Source of the DNA: Candidatus Omnitrophota bacterium
Lineage (GTDB): Bacteria > Omnitrophota > Gorgyraeia > 2-01-FULL-45-10
Direction: 5' to 3'
NCBI GenBank assembly: GCA_028699255.1
Contig: JAQVUX010000004.1
Span: 88,668 to 152,667, forward strand
DNA length: 64,000 nt
In this document: one piece after another, positions 38,608-46,987 of the stretch
Layout of the letters: every line of letters starts with the position of its first letter
Position numbering within the stretch: the stretch's first letter is position 1
The notes under the pieces: model-generated
The model's input: only the letters and a program-made list of their open reading frames with translations
The model's database searches: none
Told to the model about the DNA's origin: nothing
Translations under genes and position numbers: made by a program

Positions 38608-39422
38608 ACGAGAATATATTTGAATTAAAAGACGTGTATTTTTCATACCTCGATAAATATCCCGCCTTAAACGGTATTGATCTTGATATAGTCAAAGGGC
38701 AGAGGGTGGCTATCATAGGGGCTAATGGTTGCGGTAAGTCGACGCTTCTGCATATTCTCGACGGACTTTTCTTTCCCCGGCGCGGCACTGTAAAAGCTTT
38801 TGGTGGAGACCTGAGCGAGAAAGCGCTCGCCGATGAGCGGTATGGCCGCCATTTCAGGGGGAAGGTTGGGCTTGTTTTTCAAAACCCGGATGTTCAGCTA
38901 TTTTGTCCGACGGTAAAAGAAGAGATATTTTTCGGTCCGCTTAATTTTGGTTTTAAACATACGCAGATTGAACAGACATTCGATGTAATTACGGAGATAT
39001 TCGGGATAAAAGAGCTTACCGGCAGAATGCCGCACCAATTAAGCGTGGGTGAGAAACGCAAGGTTGCTATGGCGTCAGTCCTGATATCGGGGCCGGAAGT
39101 GCTGCTCCTCGATGAGCCGACCGCAGGCCTTGATCCCAGAACTTCCAGGGATTTGGTCGACCTTTTAAACCGTTACCATGCCGACGGGAAGACTATAGTG
39201 ACCGCGACGCACGATATGCACATAGTAGGCGAGATCGCGGATATTATTTATGTCTTCGGTCGTGATAAAAGGATAATAAGGAGCGGTCCTCCGGAAGAGA
39301 TATTGGCAGATACCGGATTTTTGCAGGAACATAATCTTATACATACTCACATGCATACTCACAGCGGCAAGACGCATGCGCATCCGCATCAGCATCCGCT
39401 TCATGATCATCCGCACGCATAA
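38604..39422 (+). CDS. cbiO: ECF transporter ATPase CbiO/NikO with C-terminal His-rich tail
   Basis: Walker A GANGCGKST, LSVGEKRK signature and Walker B LLLDEPT. The last 26 residues are HTHMHTHSGKTHAHPHQHPLHDHPHA. Confidence 0.85.
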   Translation: MNENIFELKDVYFSYLDKYPALNGIDLDIVKGQRVAIIGANGCGKSTLLHILDGLFFPRRGTVKAFGGDLSEKALADERYGRHFRGKVGLVFQNPDVQLFCPTVKEEIFFGPLNFGFKHTQIEQTFDVITEIFGIKELTGRMPHQLSVGEKRKVAMASVLISGPEVLLLDEPTAGLDPRTSRDLVDLLNRYHADGKTIVTATHDMHIVGEIADIIYVFGRDKRIIRSGPPEEILADTGFLQEHNLIHTHMHTHSGKTHAHPHQHPLHDHPHA

Positions 39423-39496
39423 GACGAAAGCAGAAAAATATTTCAAATTTCCGGGAATAAAATTCCATTTTACGCGTCTAATATACGAGAGCTCAA

Positions 39497-40045
39497 ATGA
39501 ACGAAGATATCCTATGCATCGACAGATTTCTTAAAGGCGAAGAGAGAGGTTTCGAGGAACTGGTAAGAAGATACCAGGATCGGGTTCTCAACATAGTCCG
39601 TTCGCTGACCGGTAAAGACGCCGAAAGCGAAGACATAGCGCAGGAAGTGTTTATGAAAGTGTACTACGGGTTAAAATCTTTCAAGAAGGATTCCCGGTTT
39701 TCGACATGGCTTTACCGGATCACTGTAAACACGACATATAGTTTCCATCGCGGCAAGAAGGTTTTTTTCGAAGGCGCTGAAGCGCTTGAAAATAGTCCGG
39801 ATCCGCGTAAAGATCCAGGGGCGGCGCTACTCGCGAAAGAGAGAGAGGCAATGCTCCGCAAAGCCATGGATGATGTGCCCATCAATTTCAGGACGGCATT
39901 GGTGCTTAAAGACGTAGAAGGATTAAGTTACACCGAGATTTCGGAAGTTTTGGGTTGCCGGATAGGAACGGTGGAGTCAAGAATATACAGGGCAAGGCAA
40001 TTTCTTAGAGAGAGCCTGCTAAAATTAAAGGGAGGAGCGGTATGA
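39497..40045 (+). CDS. ECF (group IV) sigma-70 family sigma factor
   Basis: Region 2 (FMKVYYGL...STWLYRITVN) and a region 4 HTH (LSYTEISEVLGCRIGTVESR). Confidence 0.8.
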   Translation: MNEDILCIDRFLKGEERGFEELVRRYQDRVLNIVRSLTGKDAESEDIAQEVFMKVYYGLKSFKKDSRFSTWLYRITVNTTYSFHRGKKVFFEGAEALENSPDPRKDPGAALLAKEREAMLRKAMDDVPINFRTALVLKDVEGLSYTEISEVLGCRIGTVESRIYRARQFLRESLLKLKGGAV

Positions 40046-40482
40046 GAGAATGCGCGAAGGTGAAAAAACTCTTATCCCGGTACATAGATAAAGAGGCGAA
40101 TTTCGCGGAGGATAGCCTTGTCAGAACGCATATAGCGAATTGCGCTTTTTGTGAAAAGGAGCTTTCCGAACTCGCCGGCGTGAAAGCGCTTGTTTCCGGA
40201 AATAAGAGGGTAAGTCTGCCGCAGGATTACATGGTGTCGCGGTTGCGTACGGAGATCGGCCGCATACGTCAGGTAGGAGATAGGCTGTCATGGGCCGCGA
40301 TGGGAAATTTTGCGCGCAGGCTGATACCGATCCCTGCCGTCGCCCTGGTAGCTTCGATAGTATTCTTAGTTATTATATCCGGTCAGCCCGTAACTGGGGA
40401 TAGCCTGGAAGAGCATATATTCAGCGGTAATGCCGCTACGATGGATACGGCATTAAAGGTAGTGTTGGGTGCGCGAAACTAA
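40042..40482 (+). CDS. Putative zinc-finger anti-sigma factor
   Basis: Overlaps the sigma factor stop. H...C..C motif (HIANCAFCEK). One TM helix. Confidence 0.5.
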   Translation: MRECAKVKKLLSRYIDKEANFAEDSLVRTHIANCAFCEKELSELAGVKALVSGNKRVSLPQDYMVSRLRTEIGRIRQVGDRLSWAAMGNFARRLIPIPAVALVASIVFLVIISGQPVTGDSLEEHIFSGNAATMDTALKVVLGARN

Positions 40483-40491
40483 AGAGAGGAG

Positions 40492-41058
40492 ATGTTTTGT
40501 ATGAATAAGAATATGCTATATGTTGTTGGCCTTGCGGTACTGTGTGTCCTGGCCGGAGTGATTGTCGGCGCCGGCATAGTTAAAAAAGCGGGATTTCCGC
40601 CGTCATGTCATGATCGGGCGAGCTTTACCGCGCGGGCGGAGGGGTTCATGGGGCGTACCCCTGGAAATTTTGAGAGTCGCGGTGCTGGCCGGCATTTTGG
40701 CAAAGGAACTGAAGGAAAACGCCATCCGGACCTTATCAAGATCTTCGTGGATAAATTGACTCTTACAAAAGAGCAGGAAGCCAGGACAAAAGAAATACTG
40801 GACAGGACGCGGCAGGAGATCGATGAAGTTGGCAAGAGTGTCCGCGGCGCCATAACCAGTATCAAGGAGAAGAGTGACAAGGCGATCATGGATATACTCA
40901 CCCCGCAACAGCAGGAGAAGTTCAAAGCCATGATAGAAGAATTCGAGGCCAAGAAAAATAGCGGTCCGTGTGGTCAGAAAGGTGATCATGGCCCCATGGG
41001 GATGGAACAGCACAGGATGGGCCCGGACGGAGATAGTCTTCCGCCTCAAAACGAATAA
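40492..41058 (+). CDS. Periplasmic LTXXQ-motif protein (Spy/CpxP/ZraP family)
   Basis: Signal-anchor. LTLTKEQE and LTPQQQEK LTXXQ motifs. Confidence 0.55.
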   Translation: MFCMNKNMLYVVGLAVLCVLAGVIVGAGIVKKAGFPPSCHDRASFTARAEGFMGRTPGNFESRGAGRHFGKGTEGKRHPDLIKIFVDKLTLTKEQEARTKEILDRTRQEIDEVGKSVRGAITSIKEKSDKAIMDILTPQQQEKFKAMIEEFEAKKNSGPCGQKGDHGPMGMEQHRMGPDGDSLPPQNE

Positions 41059-41739
41059 TTGACGGAGAGGCATATGATAAGCAATGGCGCGTTGAAAAAA
41101 ATATTGAGCGTAGCTTTGTTAACGGTGTTTCTTTTGAACCAGGCGCCGCAGGCATATGCGTGGGGACGGGGTAACCCACGCCATCGCCCGGAGGACCCGA
41201 ATCGCGGCGGTTATTACACGCCTAACTATTCTCCGCATGGCAGGGCTGTGCTGGATCTGCCCGATGGGTACATAAGGACGATAATAGGCGGGCTCGAATA
41301 TTTTTATTGGCAGGGTATGTTCTATCGGATGATGGAAGACCGATATGTGGTCGTCCCGGCGCCAGTGGGGGCGGTTGTTACGACCATACCTCAGGGGTCT
41401 CAGCCTGTTATAGTCGATGGTATCCCGTACTATAACATCAACGGCGTTACCTATATGTACACGCCCGAAGGATATCAGGTTGTACCTCAACCCAAGACGA
41501 TCATAGTAAAAAAATATATCGTCGAAAAGGAAGATTCTGCTAAAACGGTAAATATTAAAGGAACGACTACTGCCGTGTCAGATTCCGATGAAGCATTCAC
41601 TATCAATATTCCCAACTCCAAAGGAAGTTATACTGCCGTAACCTTGAAGAGATCCGGCGCCGGTTTTGTCGGGCCCCAGGGCGAATATTACGCGGAATTC
41701 CCAAGGGTCAAACAATTAAAAGTAATGTATGCGAAATGA
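41059..41739 (+). CDS. Secreted hypothetical protein
   Basis: Signal peptide. Tyr- and Pro-rich. Confidence 0.35.
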   Translation: MTERHMISNGALKKILSVALLTVFLLNQAPQAYAWGRGNPRHRPEDPNRGGYYTPNYSPHGRAVLDLPDGYIRTIIGGLEYFYWQGMFYRMMEDRYVVVPAPVGAVVTTIPQGSQPVIVDGIPYYNINGVTYMYTPEGYQVVPQPKTIIVKKYIVEKEDSAKTVNIKGTTTAVSDSDEAFTINIPNSKGSYTAVTLKRSGAGFVGPQGEYYAEFPRVKQLKVMYAK

Positions 41740-41873
41740 GGCATGCATTGAATTACTGTTCGACGAACTATTCCCGGACGGATGGGGTGTCGTGCTTATG
41801 TTTATTGCCTGCTCCGACGGCTCTGACCATGCGCATTGACATGCCGCTTGTTTTATAGTAATCTTGTTCTAAT

Positions 41874-43538
41874 ATGAATAAGATAATAGAGCGGCCTGTT
41901 CTGGCCATATCAATCCTCACAGTCCTTTGCGCGTTTATATTCTTCTTCCGCCTTGGCGGAATGGCGCTGACCGATCCCGATGAGACTTTTTATGCCCAGA
42001 CGGCAAAAGAGATGCTTCATAGCGGTGATTGGGTTACTCCCAGCCTGTACGGAAAACCTCAATTCGAAAAACCGATACTCATTTACTGGCTCGTAGGCGC
42101 TTCCTATAAAATATTCGGCGTAAATGAGATGGCCGCCCGGTTTCCATCGGCAGTCTTTGCCTTTGCTGGGGTGATAGCCATATATTTTCTCGGCTCGCTC
42201 CTTTTTAACAGGCGCGCGGGTTTTCTCTGCGCGGTTATACTGGCCGCAAACATAGAGTATGTCATACTTTCGCGGGCGTGTATAACCGATATGGCGCTGA
42301 CCGTATCCATGCTCTTCGGCGTGCTCTTCTTTTTCTATGGTTATCTGAAAAATAAGCGGTATTTTTACGTCCTGTCATCGGCGGCGTTTGGCCTGGCCGT
42401 CCTCGCGAAAGGCCCTATAGCTATAGCGTTGCCCGCAGTGATTTTTTTCGTATTCCTTCTTTTGAATAAGGACCTGGGCCGTATAAAAAAAATGCCGCTT
42501 TTGTTATGCATAGCGGTGTTTGTGCTGGTTGCCGGGCCATGGTATTACACGGCATATAAACTGCATGGGCGGGAATTCATAGACGCATTTTTTGGATTTC
42601 ATAATATCACCAGATTTATGCAGTCGGAACACAAGATAGGTTCTCAGGTCTATTACAATATTCCCGTCATATTTGCCGGATTTTTTCCGTGGAGTGTATT
42701 TCTTCCGCTCGGTTTCTGGCATATGTTTAAAAAGAGTTTTTCCGGTATTGCTACCGAGAAGAGCCGCTCAATATTTATCCTGACATGGTTTTTTGCGATA
42801 TTTTTATTTTTCTCCGCTTCGCGCACGAAACTACCGACGTACGTATTCCCGTGCTTTATATCGCTGGCGCTTATTGTGGGCGCGCTATGGGATGATTTTT
42901 TACACGCAGGGAGGTTTAGCCGTAAATTTGCCATAGTATTTAAAGCATCGCATTATTTCCTCGTGTTTGCCGTAGTGGCCGGAGCGATCGGTGTAGCGAT
43001 TTATGCATGCTTTAAAATGCCGGAAGTATTATATGGCGCTATGATATCAGGCGCAGTGCTTGCCGCAGGTTTTTTTATTTCAGCAGTAGCATTTTTCAAA
43101 AAAAGATATATGGCGGCATTTTTTCTCATAGTTGTTGCGCTCATGGTATTCCTACTGCCGTTGAGTAAACTTGTTTTACCCGTTATCGATAGATACGAGG
43201 CAAGCAAAGAAATATCCGGCAAGATTTTACCGATGATTAAAGGCGGTGAGGAATTTGGGGCGCAGAGTAATTATATTCCGGGATTGGCATTCTATGCGGA
43301 TAAGTTCGCGAAAGACCTGGATAACCATGAGGTGCTTGTAAGGTTCCTGAATTCGGATAAACGTGTATGGTGCGTCATAAAAGAGCAGAATCACAGGGGT
43401 CTTTACGATCCGGAAATAAATAGCGAATATGTGAAACCTTCATACCTGGTTTACAGAGTGGGCAAGAGGTCGATCATTACGAATCAGGTGCCGGAAGACG
43501 GCGTCTATATACTCAAACGGGAGTTTGCCGGTAAATGA
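41874..43538 (+). CDS. GT83/GT39 family glycosyltransferase (ArnT/PMT-like lipid A or glycan modifying transferase)
   Basis: TDPDETFYAQTAKEM...KPIL.YW N-terminal loop with the DE motif. About 13 TM helices. Confidence 0.75.
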   Translation: MNKIIERPVLAISILTVLCAFIFFFRLGGMALTDPDETFYAQTAKEMLHSGDWVTPSLYGKPQFEKPILIYWLVGASYKIFGVNEMAARFPSAVFAFAGVIAIYFLGSLLFNRRAGFLCAVILAANIEYVILSRACITDMALTVSMLFGVLFFFYGYLKNKRYFYVLSSAAFGLAVLAKGPIAIALPAVIFFVFLLLNKDLGRIKKMPLLLCIAVFVLVAGPWYYTAYKLHGREFIDAFFGFHNITRFMQSEHKIGSQVYYNIPVIFAGFFPWSVFLPLGFWHMFKKSFSGIATEKSRSIFILTWFFAIFLFFSASRTKLPTYVFPCFISLALIVGALWDDFLHAGRFSRKFAIVFKASHYFLVFAVVAGAIGVAIYACFKMPEVLYGAMISGAVLAAGFFISAVAFFKKRYMAAFFLIVVALMVFLLPLSKLVLPVIDRYEASKEISGKILPMIKGGEEFGAQSNYIPGLAFYADKFAKDLDNHEVLVRFLNSDKRVWCVIKEQNHRGLYDPEINSEYVKPSYLVYRVGKRSIITNQVPEDGVYILKREFAGK

Positions 43539-44233
43539 CCGCGACCAAATATAACATATCTTTCGTGTTTCCCATGTTCAATGAGGCCGAGAATATTGCC
43601 GAGACCATTCGCAGGACGACGGCCCTGGCATCGCAGATATGCGATGACTATGAGATAGTGATTGCCGATGACGCGTCAACCGACGGAAGCGCGGATATCG
43701 TGGCTAAGCTGGCGACCCGGGATGAGCATATTAAACTCGCCCGCCTCAAGGTAAATACAAAGTTTGGAGGAGCGCTTAAAGAGGGGTTGAAAACCGCGGC
43801 AAAGGAGATAGTTGTATACACGGACTCGGATCTTCCGGCAAAAGAGGATGATATAAAAGGGGCGTTGGAGCTTCTGAGTGGGACGGATATCGTAACAGCG
43901 TACAGTCTTGTATTAAAAGACGCGAGTCTCAAGCGTATCATAATGTCGAAAGGCTATAATTTTCTTGTCCGCATTATGTTTGGATTAAAGATACGCGACA
44001 TCAATTCCGGGCTCAAAATCTACAGGAGGAAGGCGATCGAGGGGCTGGACCTGAAGTCGCGAAGCCCTTTTGTGGATGTGGAGATATTTACCGAAGCCCA
44101 GAGGCGCGGATTTAAGATAAAACAGTACGGCCTTATTTTCGACCTTCGCATCAGGGGTGAATCGACCATATCGCGCATGAGTGTCGTTATGCGTACATTC
44201 TGGGATATGCTACGCTACAGACTTTCACGGTGA
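43535..44233 (+). CDS. GT2 polyprenyl-phosphate sugar transferase (ArnC/DPM1-like)
   Basis: SFVFPMFNEAENI...IVIADDASTDGS, with the DxD motif. Confidence 0.75.
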   Translation: MTATKYNISFVFPMFNEAENIAETIRRTTALASQICDDYEIVIADDASTDGSADIVAKLATRDEHIKLARLKVNTKFGGALKEGLKTAAKEIVVYTDSDLPAKEDDIKGALELLSGTDIVTAYSLVLKDASLKRIIMSKGYNFLVRIMFGLKIRDINSGLKIYRRKAIEGLDLKSRSPFVDVEIFTEAQRRGFKIKQYGLIFDLRIRGESTISRMSVVMRTFWDMLRYRLSR

Positions 44234-44413
44234 ATTTTTTTCGTCTGACGCAGGCGGCGACTTTTGGGTGGTGCCTCCGCTTGTCGCGAATCGCATTAGG
44301 TATACGATTCGCTGTCAAAAATTTTAAGAGTCGCTTCGGCACGCACCCAAAAGTTCCGCCACCTCGTGTGTGAACATAATAAGTTTTAGGTTCTGACTGG
44401 AGTGGAAGGCAAT

Positions 44414-45265
44414 ATGAAATATCTGATCGTGAGCGCGGATGATTTTGGATTATCAGATAGTATAAATCACGGGATAATGCGCGGCTGTGAAGAGGGGATA
44501 GTGACATCGGTTAATGTTATCCCCTCCGGCGCGGCATTCTACGACGCGGCTTCTCTTCTGCGGATGTGTGGCATAAAAGAGCTCAGCGCGCATCTTGCGC
44601 TTACCGAAACAGCGCCGGTTACAGACCCGGATATGATTCCAGGGCTCTTGACGCAGGAAGGTGATTTTCATAAAAGTTACATGGGGTTCTGTTTCTATTT
44701 TTTACGTGGGGCTATAGTCCGCGATGAAATATATCTGGAGCTTAAGAATCAGCTTGAACGTCTTAAAACCTGTGGTTTACCTATAACCAGCCTAAGCAGT
44801 CACCAGCATATACATATACTTCCCGGGATACGGGAAATATTTATACAACTTGCCAAAGAATACGATATTCCCTCGATACGGTATCTGCACAATGACAAGT
44901 TATATTATCCGTATCGTGCGAAGAAGATATTCCGCAAGATGGTCCTGAAGTTTTTTGACAGGGGTATGAAGAACGCATTTGATAAGGCAGGTATTTGTCA
45001 TACCGACAACCTGCTCGGGTTTTTCGATTCCGGGGATATACGGGAAGAGCTTTTATTGGAGATGATAAACAGCTTAAAAAGCGGGGTTACCGAGCTTGTA
45101 ACCCACCCCGGTTTTATAAGCGCCGAAGTACTCGACAGATGCATATTCCACAGAAACTGCGAAACCGATCTCGCCGCGTTGACCAGCCGCCGTGTTAAAA
45201 AAGAAATAGCCCGCAAAGGTATCAAGCTCATCTCATTTAGCGATCTCGCCAAACTACGTAAATAG
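44414..45265 (+). CDS. YdjC/ChbG family carbohydrate deacetylase
   Basis: MKYLIVSADDFGLS N-terminus characteristic of the YdjC family. His-rich metal site. Confidence 0.7.
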   Translation: MKYLIVSADDFGLSDSINHGIMRGCEEGIVTSVNVIPSGAAFYDAASLLRMCGIKELSAHLALTETAPVTDPDMIPGLLTQEGDFHKSYMGFCFYFLRGAIVRDEIYLELKNQLERLKTCGLPITSLSSHQHIHILPGIREIFIQLAKEYDIPSIRYLHNDKLYYPYRAKKIFRKMVLKFFDRGMKNAFDKAGICHTDNLLGFFDSGDIREELLLEMINSLKSGVTELVTHPGFISAEVLDRCIFHRNCETDLAALTSRRVKKEIARKGIKLISFSDLAKLRK

Positions 45266-45319
45266 AAAAAAGCGGGTCAAACCTAAGGTTGATTTAAGAC
45301 GGAAATTATGCTATATTAA

Positions 45320-45781
45320 GTGCCGAAAATGACCGATAATATAGTCGCCACCAACAGGCGGGCAAGATTCGAATATAGCATCTACGAGAGCCTTGAGGCC
45401 GGCATAGCGCTTACAGGCACCGAGGTTAAGTCATTGCGTACCGGTAAGGCGAGCATTGCCAATAGTTTCGCGAGGATCGAAGGCGATGAGGTGTTCCTCC
45501 ATGGTATGCATATAGCGCCATACGAATTTGGTAATATTGCTAACCCCGATCCGTTGCGGCCAAGAAAACTGCTCCTGCATAAAAGAGAGATAAAACGGCT
45601 TGCGGAGGACGTTGGAAATAAGAAATTAACGATTATCCCGCTCAAAGCTTATTTTAAAGGCGGGATAGTTAAAGTAGAAATAGGCCTTGCGAAAGGCAAG
45701 AAGCTCTACGATAAGCGTGAAGCGATAAAGAAGAGAGATTCCGATAGAGAAATTAAGCGGATATCGAGAAGTACCAGGTAG
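45320..45781 (+). CDS. smpB: SsrA-binding protein SmpB
   Basis: IA.NRRARFEYSI.E..EAGIAL.GTEVKSLR N-terminal signature. Confidence 0.85.
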   Translation: MPKMTDNIVATNRRARFEYSIYESLEAGIALTGTEVKSLRTGKASIANSFARIEGDEVFLHGMHIAPYEFGNIANPDPLRPRKLLLHKREIKRLAEDVGNKKLTIIPLKAYFKGGIVKVEIGLAKGKKLYDKREAIKKRDSDREIKRISRSTR

Positions 45782-45796
45782 GGCCGTTCTTTTATA

Positions 45797-46244
45797 GGGG
45801 GTGAAAGGTATCGACTCAGATACGCAGAGCACAAGCAGCATGTAGAGGTTGCTAGGAGGCCTCTTGGCGCAAGCCATTCCTACGGTAACGTGGGGATAAA
45901 ACACCTGGCAAAAAATCAAATGCTGAAAACGTAAAAGTTCCAGCAACGGTGAACGAACTCCTAAGCACCATGCAAGTGGTGCCGGGGCCAGTTCTACCGG
46001 TAGCGTTACCTTTATAAGGTAACCCGTCAGCCGGCCTATTTCCGCGGGGCCGGGTCTGGCGACACTAGCGGGATAGTCCGACGGTGTTTAGCCTTTGGCG
46101 CTTTCGGGCGAAGCTTTCAAAGGATACCTTTTCGAAATTCCGCCTACTGAAGTTCGAAAGGGGAAATTAAAGAGCAGGATAAACATGTAGCGGCTTATGT
46201 TTTGATGTTTGAGGACGGCGGTTCAAATCCGCCCACCTCCACCA
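45797..46244 (+). ncRNA. ssrA: tmRNA (ssrA), about 448 nt, CCA encoded
   Basis: Lies immediately downstream of smpB. The 5' GGGGGUG...GGUAUCGAC pairs with a 3' tRNA-like end: T-arm GGCGG-UUCAAAU-CCGCC, then CACCUCC-A-CCA. The tag reading frame could not be read confidently by eye. Confidence 0.7.
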
Positions 46245-46437
46245 TACTCTGAAAATCTTTCGAAGAAGATTTTCAGGTCCTGGCGTCTAAGATACTTCGA
46301 TTTTGTTCCACAAAATCGAAGGACTCAGGAAACAACGCGAAGAAAGTTTTCAGGTCCTGGCGTCTAAGATACTTCGATTTTGTTCCACAAAATCGAAGGA
46401 CTGAAGAAGTATTTGTCGCGAGAGCGTTCCGACTACT
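46245..46437 (+). repeat. 3' trailer module Y1 after tmRNA (internal tandem duplication with 11-bp-stem hairpins)
   Basis: Begins TACTCTGAAAATC directly after the CCA. It is near-identical to the module after tRNA-Leu at 46683-46895. Confidence 0.75.
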
Positions 46438-46487
46438 GCAACCGCGTAGGTTTGCATGCGATAATCACAGGTAACCTACGCGGTTGT
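46438..46487. repeat. Palindrome pair GCAACCGCGTAGGTTTGC ... GGTAACCTACGCGGTTG
   Basis: Same 13-mer family as the array at 18166-18326. Confidence 0.7.
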
Positions 46488-46496
46488 TCAAGAGCT

Positions 46497-46556
46497 TTAG
46501 CGGGGCAATAGATACACAGTTGGGCGGAAGTGGCCCGCCTTCGCAATCAAGGCTTA
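46497..46556 (+). pseudogene. Partial duplicate of the tRNA-Leu upstream region plus the first ~12 nt of the tRNA, fused to a TIR-like sequence GGCCCGCCTTCGCAATCAAGGC
   Basis: GCGGGGCAATAGATACACAGTTGG|GCGGAAGTGGC matches 46574-46609 upstream of and into the real tRNA-Leu. Confidence 0.6.
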
Positions 46557-46597
46557 ATATGTTCGATGCTTTGGCGGGGCAAGAGATATACAGTTGG

Positions 46598-46682
46598 GCG
46601 GAAGTGGCGGAACTGGCATACGCGCAGGTCTCAGAAGCCTGTGCCGCAAGGCTTGAGGGTTCAAATCCCTCCTTCCGCACCA
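46598..46682 (+). tRNA. tRNA-Leu(CAG), CCA encoded
   Basis: Acceptor GCGGAAG/CTTCCGC, anticodon loop CUCAGAA, long variable arm, T-arm GAGGG-TTCAAAT-CCCTC. Confidence 0.85.
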
Positions 46683-46895
46683 TACTCTGAAAATCTTTCA
46701 AAGAAGATTTTCAGGTCCTGGAGTCTAAGATACTTCGATTTTTCTCTGAAAAATCGAAGGACTCAGGAAACAACGCGAAGAAAGTTTTCAGGTCCTGGAG
46801 TCTAAGATACTTCGATTTTTCCTGAAATTTTCTCCGAAAATTTCGAGAAAAATCGAAGGACTTTAGGAAGCAACGCGAAGAAATTCAATCGACTA
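46683..46895 (+). repeat. 3' trailer module Y2 after tRNA-Leu (duplicate of Y1)
   Basis: Same start TACTCTGAAAATC after the CCA and the same hairpins. It is followed by the palindrome pair at 46898-46947. Confidence 0.75.
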
Positions 46896-46987
46896 CTGCA
46901 ACCGCGTAGGTTTGCATGCGATAATCACAGAATAACCTACGCGGTTGTTCAAAATTACATAGAGGCCATATTACTACTTATAGATAT

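Noticed and set aside
46530-46805. 91-aa ORF (MARLRNQ...), and the similar 53764..54042 minus-strand ORF
   Set aside because: Both read through the shared TIR-like repeat and tRNA or trailer sequences. The shared N-terminus is a repeat artefact.
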